Source: a virus
DNA: 64,000 bases
Virus record (IMG/VR): IMGVR_UViG_3300023491_000002
Strand: one strand, 5' to 3'
Shown: positions 21,801 through 29,965 of the stretch, one piece after another
Position numbering within the stretch: the first letter of the stretch is position 1
Layout of the letters: each line of letters begins with the position of its first letter
The notes under the pieces: model-generated
Databases searched by the model: none
What the model was told of the DNA's origin: nothing
The model's input: only the letters and a program-made list of their open reading frames with translations
Made by a program: the position numbers and the translations under genes

Positions 21801-24800
21801 CTTGCTACTATTTTGAGTAAGTTCTATCGTAGATTTAATTCATCTGTTACTAATGTAGAAACTCATAACAGTCTTACATCAGCTATAGACGCTGCTACAA
21901 GTAACGCTGATTATACAATTTATATTGGTAATGAATCTGATACATATAGAGGTCTTATTGATACTTCTGCTATTACTACTATCCCATTGCAGGCAGCTAT
22001 CAATGACACTTTTGATACCGATACACTGCCCTCGGAAATCCAAAATTTGGCACTTGTCGGCAACGGAGAGACGCTTTCTCAATTGAAACGATTAACAATA
22101 CAAGGACAACTTTTTAAGGGCTTAGACAGGCTTATTCAAAGACTAAATCCAGCTAATGTTAGTGCGATTCAAGCTGATGGTATCAATGATATTATAGTTG
22201 ATTACATTGGTATTAAAAAAGATCTTAATACTACTGTTCATACTATTAATAGCTCAACTCCTAAGTTCTCTAAAGTCTTAGATACAGAGTTCATAGCTGA
22301 TGATAATACTGGAATTAGTATGTCAAACCTTGAATTTATTAATACTCTTTATGAAGTTGAAAAGACTGCTATCGGTAATACTAAACTTCTTAGAGATGAA
22401 ATGAATCTCATGGGTGAACTAAATACTAATCTTGATAAGCTTGATGCTAAAGCTCAAAGTGAAATTGCTAGACTTAGTAGAGATATGAATAGTCTTCCTA
22501 ATTATGTTGAAACATTCAAGTATAATGCTAATATACTAGAGAATGTTAAAGATATGATTAAAGCTATTCAAATGCCAATGGATACTGATACTATATTTAA
22601 GCTTTGGACTAAAGGTACTGTTGCTGATCGTAAACAATGGGTTACTGATCTGAATAAACTCAGTAGTCTTATAAAGTCTCAAGCTTATATTGAAGATCTA
22701 AATCCTATTGACGAAGCTAGTTTTGAAAATGCTTCTCAAAATACTAAAGATAGTATTGCAGAATTTAATGAAGCTCTTCTTAATCTTAAAGGTTTATATG
22801 CTGAGATTATGCCTCTTAAACGTAAAGTTGTTGATGCTTCTAAGATTTACTTTGGTTTCTTAATCAATCAAAGAAGTCATAATCCTGCTTTCAATACTAA
22901 GTTTAAGTATATTCAAGATAAGCTTGTTGAAAACGGTTTTAATGCTGATGAAATTGGCGTTTATACTATAAATGAAAGAGATATTCAAGAGAATATTCGT
23001 CGTATGCTCGGTGATAATCTTGATTTATCTACTGTTATTAAATGGTTAGATTCTGCTGCTCAAAGTGGTATTCCAATCATTGATACAGTTCTTTCTCAAT
23101 ATGAGTTCCATACTCTTAATGCTACTGAATTTGCTTTCAATAATAATAAGCGTACATTCGCATTATTTAAGAAGTATGATAGATTCTATAAAGAAAAGTC
23201 TAATGGTAAACCTGATATGACTTTTTCTCAATCTCGTTCTAATGACTTTAGAGCTAGATTCATTAATGAAGCTAATTGTCAACTTGTTACACCGTTTGAT
23301 ATGACTAAAGCCAACTATGATTATCAAATTGGTAAAGCTCGTGAATACGATGATTATATTAAGAGAAGATCTGAGTTAGAACCTCTATTAGAATCTGACG
23401 ATTTTGCTACAGTTAAGAAAGCCCAAGATGCTCTTGCTAAACTTGAGAAAGAACATAAGAAAAGAGTTCATGCTGTAGGTAAAACTATATACTCTACTAT
23501 GAATGTTTCAATACCTGCTAAAATTATTAAAGGTAGACTTGAACTTGATCTTGAAGATGTATATAATAATCCTAAGAAGTATTTTTCTAATCTTAGTGCC
23601 GAAGAAGCATACTATTATACTAAGCTAATTGAACGTGTCTATAAATCTAAGATTCGTAAGAAATTTGCTGAAGCTAATAATATTGAACTTAGTGTTAGAG
23701 GTCAAACTACTAATCGAGTTCTTCTTCAAGTTCAAACTGCAAAAGCTGATTATAGAGACGCTAAGTTTAGTAAACTTACTCATTCTGATATTGATATGAT
23801 AGTTGAAATGCAAGAGATGTTTGCAGAACTTAATGATGTTGCAATGCCTAACACTGTTAGATCTGCTAGTTTCTTCCCGACTTTCATATCTGCTAATCAT
23901 GTGAATGCTCTTAAACAACTTGTTGGTTATCACGAATTACAAGAAGATGATTATAAAAATACACTTAGTGGAGAGACTCAATACTATCTTAAAGCTACTG
24001 CACTTAATCGTCCAGAAGTTATAGGTCGTATTAAGTATGATCTCTACGCTATTACAAATAAAGAAGCTTATGATGCTCTAATTGAAAAAGCTAATAAAAT
24101 AACTAAACATAGAGGTTATTATAAACCTATTACTTCTATTGCAGATATTATCGAATATAATAAAGAGTTATCTGATAAACAATTAGGTGATGTTAGAGAT
24201 CGTATGAACTTTGACCCTATGAATGTTACTCTTAATTATATTAATCAGCTTAAACGTATTAAAGTTAATCGTGACTTTGAGCCCGAACTTAATCTTCTGC
24301 AAACTATTCTTGCTATGCCTGAGTTCCAAGCTCGTGAATATGGTGTTAAGAGTAAGAATGTTATTAATAAGATTCTATCTCTTTATACTCATAAAACTGA
24401 AGTTGTTTCTCGTAAAGGTAAAGAAACAGAAGCTTTTGATAGATTTAAGAAATTCTATGATGCTTTTGAAGGTAAGAATCGTATTAATACATTAACTGAT
24501 CAACTTCTTAATATACTTCATACAGTTAATAGTAAATCTCTTATGTGGATGAACTTAACTGCTGCTTTAAAGAATATTGGTACAGGTCATATCAATATTG
24601 TAAGCGAAGCAACTGGTGGTGAATTTACTACTAAAGCTACACTTCTTAAAGCTCATGAAATGTATATTAAAGCTCTTCCATCATTATGGGCATCACTTGG
24701 TGAATATACTTGTAATAATCTTGATGCAGCTTTAATGAAGTTAGCTGGTAATATTTTTGAAGATCATATTGAAGCTGGAGTAGATACTAAGACTAATATT

Positions 24801-26138
24801 GTTTCTCTTGGTATGTCTAAATGGGATAATGTGATGTTTGCTCCTAATACTATTGGTGAGCATTATTTGCAATTCGCTACTTTCTTGTCAGCTATGCAAA
24901 CTCATCGCATTGTTGCAGGTACTATTATGAATTATGATCAATTCGTATTCTCACTTAGAGAACGTCTCTTTAGAGATATGGTTGATGATGAAACTTATAC
25001 TAAGTATAAAGCATATAAAGATAAACAAGAATCTGTTAAAGGCAATAACGTTGAATTTATAGATTATCTTTCTCGATTTATTGCTTATCGTGCTAATAAC
25101 TTTACTAACGAATGGAAATCTAATTACGCTAAGGCTTATAAAGAAGGTCTTAAGAATGCTAGAGTTGAGTTTGAAAAGAATCAAGTTATATATGATGCTT
25201 TTGAACTTAAAGATGGTATCGCTTCAATTAAAGCTGAAAGTAATATAACTCTTGAAGATTTTGCTAAGTTCTTAGGTAAAGTTAAAGGTATTAATCATAG
25301 TTTGCATGGTATTTACAATACTTTCGATAAATCTATGTTATCTGGTAAGATGTGGGGAGAGGTGATACTTCAATTCCGTAAATGGCTTCGTCCTAACTTT
25401 ATTCGATATTGGGGTAAACGTGTAGGTAAAATTGTATTTGATGAACGTCTTGAATCTTATAGAAGTGGTGCTTACATGGATATGATAAATTTTCTATTAT
25501 CTAATGGCAAAAGTGCTTATAGAGAAACTATTGATAAAGCTATAGAAAATGACGAAGATATTGATTTTGCTACTAAAGCTAAAGCTATATTCAATGGGTT
25601 CTGCGGTTTATTATATTGGTTCAAAGATATAAACTTTAGATATAATACTCTACCTCAAGCTCAAAAGGCTAATATAAAAAGAGCCATGTTTAATTTTACA
25701 ACTCTTGTTGGTTTATCTCTTGTAGCTGCTAGTCTATATGCTGCAAAAGATGATGACGATGAACTTGATGAAAATCGATTCTTTGCTCTTGCTTGTTATA
25801 CTATTTATGGTGTTCAAACTGAACTTTATGAAACTTCACCTTGGGGTCTTTATTCATTCTATAAACGTACTATGGAGGCACCTATACCTTTTGAAACAAG
25901 TATGTCTAATGTTCTTAATCTTGCTTATTGGACACTTATTGCTCCAATGATTGTAGATGATGAAGAAATGCTTTATGATAGAGGTACATATAAAGATGAA
26001 GATAAACGTTGGATTGCATTTAAGAAAACTATTCCGTTATTCAATCAATACAACAAGATGTTCTATTTACCAAAGAACAATACATACTATATGCAACAGA
26101 ACCCAATATTACAGATGATAGTTGAACTAAATAAGTAA
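12888..26138 (+). CDS. Giant (4416 aa) virion protein containing a two-barrel RNA-polymerase-like catalytic motif (GWDYDIDS, DxDxD at nt 17973-17987); candidate fused virion RNA polymerase (vRNAP) plus cargo protein of crAss-like phages
   Basis: 13.25 kb uninterrupted ORF, ATG 12888, TAA 26136-26138. DYDID resembles the Mg-binding DxDxD of QDE-1-like/crAss vRNAP DPBB domains. An additional HEHGH motif lies at 19535-19549. Confidence 0.85.
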   Translation: MGLDCNIIPQIKVGDSYTDSKCFQDLWDRAKKLYPNNPIKARAVAKANYEALKSTSFVSEYGDWVLLRAVQNAGLTDAQFATFQSVYGNNIERLTKSITVPLNEQGEPEIRSFHKYTVAKKAQVLYDNDYPFIADSEQMYLNRIFAAIAFRLEPQFKNLTYKDFKNGVTIRSLIATVLRQYAQNDNPDVGYLGFAAQYNNRLDELEAAGVADEIIDNDPLLISYESKMNNLLRLADQLDNLDDQGIWQSFINYYKAEFMADINDFDVEDYMTMGEINGASMTDEQNINKSWNRSLQFKVDRKNTASSRFKRMLTEMIYNNQSNLFATLEDSQFNGTASYYNKYGLAMPFDINVLWNSLIDATRYAANKEELINSLKVTSESVYNGQLQPIIDQIEIFPNDDASTIERKEIFYNMYMASVDMATTVVTQSETMSYNMSENDYNLAYSVKESNRQSFATTNIYNQYRNILSDKFQHVGSRAAVQYDINAIYKTGKSITDKVNTLLYKSNNVGINWSPNTIFNYLSIKFSVPFDVIKALYHDGNDDNKVNKLVYQKIETELVNIDGVFDKILNQIKANVTDKQSEKAKDRQSRRIKRLFYEGFKAGDEIDSVVDDMRGRINILATVGGCDPAIKVDLSYINVQGEQEYTPEFYNHITSMLQGIVNRIGEVNVELMKYRFNDFLKSKGTKYHPLIWNLGNGMGGDGKGFFNFRKDENDNAILDENGYRILDAVNPVNVEAVKAFQYARFNGMSNRDQGIRTPYVDMHDYIWTRDVILRQFQGRYSLPSADASRIYEFVTGNTLTEPNATKRSLPFKLINTDGTFVNYRIARTNDLESNYLFQRVKDTFRTEMEMMLEARRLLFDYDANTQILSIKKEYLRPEDDVRQEFNFLDSDERSRMISDHNGDAEAAFRAFYESRAFDKDIFEGLQAPIFWDGKALLKNGKPTGNIFKFGNLNFRYTDANGNTTVRSIIDYIEDAFNELHPNAASSFGKFEPFMICGEDFNTAYGDVIDNAYMRMFVDRINSHLQDAFDYLAPVRDNIQSTLTYKNQLKALNETLPEDYKNDRYWGYVVSNLLCNHYVADIAIQEIFTGYTFEFKNALDWAKRASQGVRPGSTTRSNTTYTQIVVSDVNLKDNMLQKMLEPFANDKATSDELNRRFGSKTITTADAFNVITQDECIRRFKAMGDYDSFTLPSGRTLADIVADEDTPISPSDYARIVEQLKYYFYKRGKSTLNNRFNTDIVFSHQDKNSTLVIFKRMYKGTGYETLYDWMKQEGIDSINFESGHKVGGMPKVQLFDISRDIAVDSKGFPILDANGKYTYTNGTKATLNIQYNEATKRLELKGYPKGIEDFKQTLSHSNLYIQQQVPSHLMDEENKIGTQLQKRILDNLVFNGDYTIGGTVRKGKTGDYSYDGSGAFEYYQMLLSANANDEMYRLLADWGAITNDGNIKYTSIETDGGLRNVIGVDLDLVLADLRRYFNETEIDRNFIKATVVVNGKPFIPFYHPTIKSRIESVLLARITRRVTNLKLKGAHVTIQPDTFLQPAAVTLDKKGIIKGTQANIQRMYLEGQIKFSDDYWQSRAELNEDGTIKRDANGTPIIKKNADFKLQSEYWETKADGTKVFHPAEIILNNWDSRFKLDANGNLDLNSVPENLRTMFGIRIPTEGHQSMFVAKVVGVLNNGASQAIVPEHLVTRTGWDYDIDSIYLSMKEFDVIDGQYVEYTKNDSDTYKRQSLEYVSDVYFSKTKDALKNAYLKEKIPLINELADINAKINAQASIDDSVIRRLKQEYKNLQQQRFYSKNVSERNALAKAMELKSAEIEAYNAANMNPAISDAELKALYDTKASIYSKLKKAKSDYDAKYEKFIKETVTPKWNSLNEYRRMPRAAKDNAIIDTWIGIHSDIKNTLNKEKPNEFDHSKAAAAYINRIAGYDNSMMNQHFLIDQIKIRNINNNIAVLKGQSIAADNALSIMGFTQTMLSDEFAIPIRLNFSDIKGYSEDIPNKAEWARKQILKCFKDERLSNGEHSVQVDVASNSVTVWCRSLYNNDYGTWTDINGEPISAQRSELTSHILDAVKDNLWFNMNTYTIGNTALLASFPISWNANLKASNAKVEGTNRYIYSALIESQQIITDFVTNISIKSIENSNNFTNVSFHNVRSDYMIDAVATMSKLLTDKGNSLKAFAKSYFETTQDNVGLKDVITKLSKYLAQEDLSNMAIAKAHEHGHTINMKQTHAMARFIEALANEVGVTAYEVDSKIQNKAKTITELDSLFKEDQNYKHTVEDFEAYANYLNRQLEVLDYYMYVDKAVNAMKRAQGCLITEKKGAGPKTSESNKLFESIAMLEHNVNTLIQNAKDAGIPESMRNELLYKYYSVNAITDKGEVIDNWLLKANDYLLENKDSDGKVIQLDKPKSPFRIGDKSMIEAIFPSIVNTNWEIEDSAYPILQQQLYSTNEISVNMFHDLFISENPAFKDKINYCMAKLKQINNPELREALINYAIIDKVRQMPFFNDDSKSPETLLAERAKLLGCVNIVKDEQTNEFKFKGAVDLALTNVNLKNWYNELESRNYTHDEKIAMFKELPVSIQLAMVKNTLTDGRYVTVNGQYVTKGNLRLNPNHILSLLSPNTMESTIVRTGYISISTKESDDIDFTRDTFFQLINSPDEYCRILGENLVKYAFWVNKLDFGRNLSKYIPIDLYGKFKTKDGNYVSAYKTSWGDQFDSISFESIDGTSDRDIRLAMKEQGITDGGSNFRSENAALYNYAEALYASQANKDNILLRTNEELDVFIEAFVRANSENTRIVKYMKPEYVYDTNCKKSKVKDQTPTFTKITKSNFSRAVFDLKGAVANEWHKDVDLETRKYIEDALNSVIKNAIGIKHNDIWNIVGQMIFEPTRYVNNSSYADDVYLKTREKVIDKELTGLKKTYKAQLPEGMLYKRFDINDCTFYYPINKTFKSEYLTTANDYYKYNIEAQEIYEKLATILSKFYRRFNSSVTNVETHNSLTSAIDAATSNADYTIYIGNESDTYRGLIDTSAITTIPLQAAINDTFDTDTLPSEIQNLALVGNGETLSQLKRLTIQGQLFKGLDRLIQRLNPANVSAIQADGINDIIVDYIGIKKDLNTTVHTINSSTPKFSKVLDTEFIADDNTGISMSNLEFINTLYEVEKTAIGNTKLLRDEMNLMGELNTNLDKLDAKAQSEIARLSRDMNSLPNYVETFKYNANILENVKDMIKAIQMPMDTDTIFKLWTKGTVADRKQWVTDLNKLSSLIKSQAYIEDLNPIDEASFENASQNTKDSIAEFNEALLNLKGLYAEIMPLKRKVVDASKIYFGFLINQRSHNPAFNTKFKYIQDKLVENGFNADEIGVYTINERDIQENIRRMLGDNLDLSTVIKWLDSAAQSGIPIIDTVLSQYEFHTLNATEFAFNNNKRTFALFKKYDRFYKEKSNGKPDMTFSQSRSNDFRARFINEANCQLVTPFDMTKANYDYQIGKAREYDDYIKRRSELEPLLESDDFATVKKAQDALAKLEKEHKKRVHAVGKTIYSTMNVSIPAKIIKGRLELDLEDVYNNPKKYFSNLSAEEAYYYTKLIERVYKSKIRKKFAEANNIELSVRGQTTNRVLLQVQTAKADYRDAKFSKLTHSDIDMIVEMQEMFAELNDVAMPNTVRSASFFPTFISANHVNALKQLVGYHELQEDDYKNTLSGETQYYLKATALNRPEVIGRIKYDLYAITNKEAYDALIEKANKITKHRGYYKPITSIADIIEYNKELSDKQLGDVRDRMNFDPMNVTLNYINQLKRIKVNRDFEPELNLLQTILAMPEFQAREYGVKSKNVINKILSLYTHKTEVVSRKGKETEAFDRFKKFYDAFEGKNRINTLTDQLLNILHTVNSKSLMWMNLTAALKNIGTGHINIVSEATGGEFTTKATLLKAHEMYIKALPSLWASLGEYTCNNLDAALMKLAGNIFEDHIEAGVDTKTNIVSLGMSKWDNVMFAPNTIGEHYLQFATFLSAMQTHRIVAGTIMNYDQFVFSLRERLFRDMVDDETYTKYKAYKDKQESVKGNNVEFIDYLSRFIAYRANNFTNEWKSNYAKAYKEGLKNARVEFEKNQVIYDAFELKDGIASIKAESNITLEDFAKFLGKVKGINHSLHGIYNTFDKSMLSGKMWGEVILQFRKWLRPNFIRYWGKRVGKIVFDERLESYRSGAYMDMINFLLSNGKSAYRETIDKAIENDEDIDFATKAKAIFNGFCGLLYWFKDINFRYNTLPQAQKANIKRAMFNFTTLVGLSLVAASLYAAKDDDDELDENRFFALACYTIYGVQTELYETSPWGLYSFYKRTMEAPIPFETSMSNVLNLAYWTLIAPMIVDDEEMLYDRGTYKDEDKRWIAFKKTIPLFNQYNKMFYLPKNNTYYMQQNPILQMIVELNK

Positions 26139-26164
26139 GGACTTCTGTTGGACTTAAAAAAATG

Positions 26165-26208
26165 AGAGAGGGCTTTCAGATAATACTGTCAGTCCTCTCT
26201 CTTCTTGT
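26165..26208 (+). terminator. Rho-independent terminator after the giant gene
   Basis: GAGAGAGGGCT ... AGTCCTCTCTC (11-bp stem with one mismatch) followed by TTCTTG. Confidence 0.5.
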
Positions 26209-26236
26209 ATCTATACTACTCATACTCCTGCTCGTG

Positions 26237-26294
26237 TCATTGCAAACGCTCCGCCCCGTTCCACATCTATCCCTCTACCGGGGTCTGCAATGCT
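26237..26294 (-). repeat. Interspersed GC-rich mini-element, copy J (variant CCCCGGTAGAGGG)
   Basis: Reverse complement reads CATTGCAGACCCCGGTAGAGGGATAGATGTGGAACGGGGCGGAGCGTTTGCAATG. It forms an inverted pair with copy A about 200 bp away. Confidence 0.75.
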
Positions 26295-26487
26295 CCACAA
26301 TGCCATTTTTGCCACCTGCGGGCTTCATATATTGATTATCTATTGGCAGACGATAACTAGTTCATATTATAAAAGAAAGTGTCTCTATGAGGCTCTATTG
26401 AAGTTATCATTATCAAACATTTGCATTATTATCACGGCTTATGATAACGATGCAATTTAATTATAATCATAGTAGCATTAGTAACAC

Positions 26488-26545
26488 TTTCCAGACCCCA
26501 GTAGGGAACATGGTGTGGTCAGGAGCGGAACTAAGCATAGCACTT
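26488..26545 (+). repeat. Interspersed GC-rich mini-element, copy A
   Basis: TTTCCAGACCCCAGTAGGGAACATGGTGTGGTCAGGAGCGGAACTAAGCATAGCAC. The 3' flank CTAAGCATAG forms a 10-bp inverted repeat with 26555-26564. Confidence 0.85.
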
Positions 26546-26569
26546 GTAACAGCACTATGCTTAGAAGTA

Positions 26570-26914
26570 TTAATAGTATCCCTCACTTTCACCACATTCA
26601 CTCAGTCCACCAAAGCTAACTTTATTCACATTAACAATGAAAGGTAGAATCTTCTTAATTTGAGTAGAAGTAACAACAAAACTATTGTTAGTACCCGGAT
26701 GCCTCATAACATACTTAATACTACCAATATAAAGATTAGGAGATAGACGCTTATGCTTTTGCTTTTCAGCAGCGGTCATAGTAGCGAATCTATACACTTT
26801 ATGCAAAACAGACCAATTACCAGTAAATTCTTGAATAAGAGTTCCATTTGCATCACGAGTAATCACATTCCCATCAACTTCAATATAACACGTATGTGTT
26901 TTAGTTTCTTCCAT
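26570..26914 (-). CDS. Hypothetical protein (114 aa)
   Basis: ORF on the minus strand, first gene of the minus block, TAA stop at 26570-26572. Confidence 0.6.
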   Translation of the reverse strand: MEETKTHTCYIEVDGNVITRDANGTLIQEFTGNWSVLHKVYRFATMTAAEKQKHKRLSPNLYIGSIKYVMRHPGTNNSFVVTSTQIKKILPFIVNVNKVSFGGLSECGESEGYY

Positions 26915-27918
26915 TATGCAGCTCTTAGTGCCGTTAGGGCAAGATCATAAGCCTTTTGATTTAGCTTATAAGCACCTTTTTTAGTAAGAGCTTCAAAGCG
27001 ATCTTCAGAAGACTTATAATCAACAACATTATTCAGATAACAACTCACACCATTATAAAGCCAAAGCACAGTACCACGATGTAACTCTTGACCAACACCA
27101 TTCTCGATAGTATCAAGAACAGCTTTGACTTTATTTTGAGTCTTAGTAGAAATAATATCCTTATCAGCAGCAAAGATATTAGTTCTAAGCTTCATGTGCT
27201 CTTGTTGTTCATCATTAAGAAACAGATTATACACAAAGCCAGTCATATTATTAGATTTAATATTAATGGCTTTAAGAGCTTGCATAGATTCTTGCATAGC
27301 TTCATGATAGATATGCGTAGCACGAATACTATTCACAGCACTCATAATAGCGTTGTGAACATTCTTTGTATGTTTAAAAGAAAACTGTTGTGTTGCATTT
27401 TTAATAGCTTGATTAAGTATATTATTACAAATAATACGAATATTTGTAACAGCACACGTGATTAATCCAGAACCATCATGACTATTGGTAAATAAGAGAT
27501 ACTTATCAATAAGATCTTTATTATCAATAGTGATAACATCAGGGAATTTTGCAGTTACAAGCATACTTGCGCCATTCTTATAGCAACCAGCAGTTTCAAT
27601 ACGAACACTCTTATCGTAATCACATATTTGATTAATAAAATCAAGAGCTACAGAGTTCTGTACAACTTCGTACTTAGAGCCAACAGCACCAAATACATGA
27701 TTTGTATCTTCTCTATAAGTAGCAAAACTGTTAGGAACTTTATATAACAGAAAGCTACCTGGATTAGCAGGATCTTCAAGACGAACACGAGTCTCTTTAA
27801 TACCTACTTTATAATCAAGATTTGCTTCTTTAATAGCATCCTCCATACTCAAATCATTGATAGGTTTACCCATTTCATTAAATACGAGAGGACGTCTTTG
27901 ATAATTTACAAAAGGCAT
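26914..27918 (-). CDS. DUF932-like phage/plasmid protein (334 aa)
   Basis: Contains the LLFTNSHDGSGL segment, which matches the NSHDGS signature of the DUF932/TIGR03299 family. Confidence 0.6.
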   Translation of the reverse strand: MPFVNYQRRPLVFNEMGKPINDLSMEDAIKEANLDYKVGIKETRVRLEDPANPGSFLLYKVPNSFATYREDTNHVFGAVGSKYEVVQNSVALDFINQICDYDKSVRIETAGCYKNGASMLVTAKFPDVITIDNKDLIDKYLLFTNSHDGSGLITCAVTNIRIICNNILNQAIKNATQQFSFKHTKNVHNAIMSAVNSIRATHIYHEAMQESMQALKAINIKSNNMTGFVYNLFLNDEQQEHMKLRTNIFAADKDIISTKTQNKVKAVLDTIENGVGQELHRGTVLWLYNGVSCYLNNVVDYKSSEDRFEALTKKGAYKLNQKAYDLALTALRAA

Positions 27919-27942
27919 AATATACTTTGTTTCAATAGAAGT

Positions 27943-28644
27943 TTATTTCTTAATTGTAACAATATCCTTTTCTTGAAGCGTCCAAGCATCAAGACCTTCA
28001 GGAGATTGATTCAATGTTTCTTTAAGATTAGTACTATTAACATAGAATTTGAAATCACCTTCTTCAAAAGCAATTCCATGTTCAGCGAGAATAGCTTTAA
28101 TCTTATTAGCTTTATCAAGATTTAAACCTTTATCAAGTTTAACATCAATAAAACCTTTAATTGCATCAATGTTCGCAGGTACTGTATCAACAGATGGATT
28201 TTCAAAATATTGATACATTTGATTAAGAAAGCTATTAAACATTTCCGTATCTGTAACAACTTCCTGACCTTTACGAACACTAATAGTAATATTCGGATAT
28301 TTAAGAGACATACTATCAGTAGGCTCTTTAATACCAGTTTCAGCATTCTTCTTTAATACCGGTTCACCGTACTTATATGCACATTCCGCCATAACATCTT
28401 TAAGACGTTTAATCTTTTTCTCAGTACGTTTAACACGATCATCAAGAGCTTGCTTGTATTGTTTAAGTAATGCTATATCAGTATTATAACGATCTATAAC
28501 AAAAGCATAAGCATAAAGTTTCTCACCGAGTTCCTCTTCACTAATCGCAAGTTCCTCAGCACCACTTTCTCCTATATCTCCACCGTTCTCGGCAGCATAT
28601 TCTAATATCCTATCAATATTAGCTTGTATTTCAAACAGATTCAT
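27943..28644 (-). CDS. Siphovirus Gp157-like protein (233 aa)
   Basis: N-terminus MNLFEIQANIDRILEYAAENGGD...EEL with a coiled-coil, typical of Gp157-family proteins found in phage recombination modules. Confidence 0.45.
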   Translation of the reverse strand: MNLFEIQANIDRILEYAAENGGDIGESGAEELAISEEELGEKLYAYAFVIDRYNTDIALLKQYKQALDDRVKRTEKKIKRLKDVMAECAYKYGEPVLKKNAETGIKEPTDSMSLKYPNITISVRKGQEVVTDTEMFNSFLNQMYQYFENPSVDTVPANIDAIKGFIDVKLDKGLNLDKANKIKAILAEHGIAFEEGDFKFYVNSTNLKETLNQSPEGLDAWTLQEKDIVTIKK

Positions 28645-28927
28645 CGAAATTCAATTCAGTTTGGTAATGACTATAATCTTCAATCTCTTTAAAACGAACC
28701 ATTGTATCCTTAACTAATAAAGTATTAGTAGGAACACTAGCCCAACCTGTAACAAAAGGTCTATGAATAAGACTCATACCTTCAGTTAGAGTATCATAAT
28801 AACTTACAGGTAAATCTAAATTACTTTGTTCAAATACAGTAGTAGGTTTACCGTAATATTTAATATAAATATCAAGAGGTATAAATGCTGGTAATCTATT
28901 CACCTGCACTTTCACTTTCTCCGCCAT
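28631..28927 (-). CDS. Hypothetical protein (98 aa)
   Basis: ORF in the operon-like minus-strand array. Short overlap with neighbours. Confidence 0.5.
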   Translation of the reverse strand: MAEKVKVQVNRLPAFIPLDIYIKYYGKPTTVFEQSNLDLPVSYYDTLTEGMSLIHRPFVTGWASVPTNTLLVKDTMVRFKEIEDYSHYQTELNFDESV

Positions 28928-29963
28928 GATCTGAATCAGTAATATCTTTTTGAGAAATTCTAATTACATCAAGATGATCTTTACATCGTTTCATTATAAT
29001 ATGCATATTAGGATGAGATTTACCAAATTTATCATATAAACGTTTATCAATTATATTATCCCAATCTTCATTAAATCCTGTATAATAGATTTCACTTTTA
29101 ATACCTAAAGGTAAATATTCACGAGCATCTTGTGCAGGTAATTTAAGAACATCTTTAGCTTCATAATATGAAAGTTCATTAATAATACAAGTTTTAATAT
29201 AATGATAAACTTTTTTATAATTAATATCTGAAGCCCCTTCATATAAAACATAAGCTCTAGAATAATAAGCTTGAAGTTTATTAATTTTACTTAAAGAATC
29301 ATCTACTTCTTGAATAAGTCTAATAAAATTATTAATAGCATTATCAAAAACATTAGAATTAACCCAATGAGGTAAACAAAATGTAACACCATTAAATTTA
29401 GAATCATTAGAATAATCACACCAACGAGTAGATTCAACAGCCATAGATTGAACACGTTCACGAACAAGTTCATCAACTATACTTCTAAGAGTAGTTATAT
29501 ATGCATTCATACGAGCGAAAGGATGATCGAATTTTGGAACAAACCAAGCAACACCATGAGCTTTCCAAATCTCATCACCTTCCATAGTAGAAGTCTGAAT
29601 AAGAGCTTTAGCTAATTCAGGACTTTCATTATATACAACACGAAGATTAGTGTAGATATAATAGAAATGAGAATCAGGTCTTGCATCTTTAATATCAGAA
29701 ACAAAACGAGAAAAAGCAGAATGCCTAATGTTTATCATTTCAATACTCATCATATCATGATAACCACAAACATAAATAGGACAATGCTCAAGAATTGAAG
29801 TATGACCTTTATCAATAAGCATCAAAAGAAACTTAACGTAACTTCCGGGTTTAATCTTACCTTCAGATTTATAACAAAGACGACCAGCAAATTCTGCTAA
29901 TTGAAGACCACCTTTTAAATTATGAGCTGTATGAATAACAGCAACAGGTTTAACAAATTGCAT
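28896..29963 (-). CDS. thyX: Flavin-dependent thymidylate synthase ThyX-like protein (355 aa), divergent RHR motif
   Basis: GHTSILEH matches the ThyX GH.SvLEH motif. RHSAFSRFVS occupies the position of the RHRx7S motif but is diverged (S replaces the second R). Confidence 0.55.
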   Translation of the reverse strand: MQFVKPVAVIHTAHNLKGGLQLAEFAGRLCYKSEGKIKPGSYVKFLLMLIDKGHTSILEHCPIYVCGYHDMMSIEMINIRHSAFSRFVSDIKDARPDSHFYYIYTNLRVVYNESPELAKALIQTSTMEGDEIWKAHGVAWFVPKFDHPFARMNAYITTLRSIVDELVRERVQSMAVESTRWCDYSNDSKFNGVTFCLPHWVNSNVFDNAINNFIRLIQEVDDSLSKINKLQAYYSRAYVLYEGASDINYKKVYHYIKTCIINELSYYEAKDVLKLPAQDAREYLPLGIKSEIYYTGFNEDWDNIIDKRLYDKFGKSHPNMHIIMKRCKDHLDVIRISQKDITDSDHGGESESAGE

Positions 29964-29965
29964 AT

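Noticed and set aside
1413-25950. Short ORFs nested inside or antisense to the giant genes (for example 1413..1652, 2038..2328, 5818..6084, 7582..7899, 13608..13883, 18396..18758, 21129..21653, 24223..24495)
   Set aside because: Translations are Leu/Ile/Phe/Asn-rich low-complexity strings of the kind expected from off-frame AT-rich DNA. They are fully contained in the strongly supported giant ORFs.
26488-26545. The element as a rho-independent terminator or a host sigma-factor promoter
   Set aside because: The CCCC-AGTA-GGG hairpin is never followed by a T-run. Orientation is inconsistent with local transcription direction. It lacks a TAnnTTTG-type -7 box at fixed spacing.
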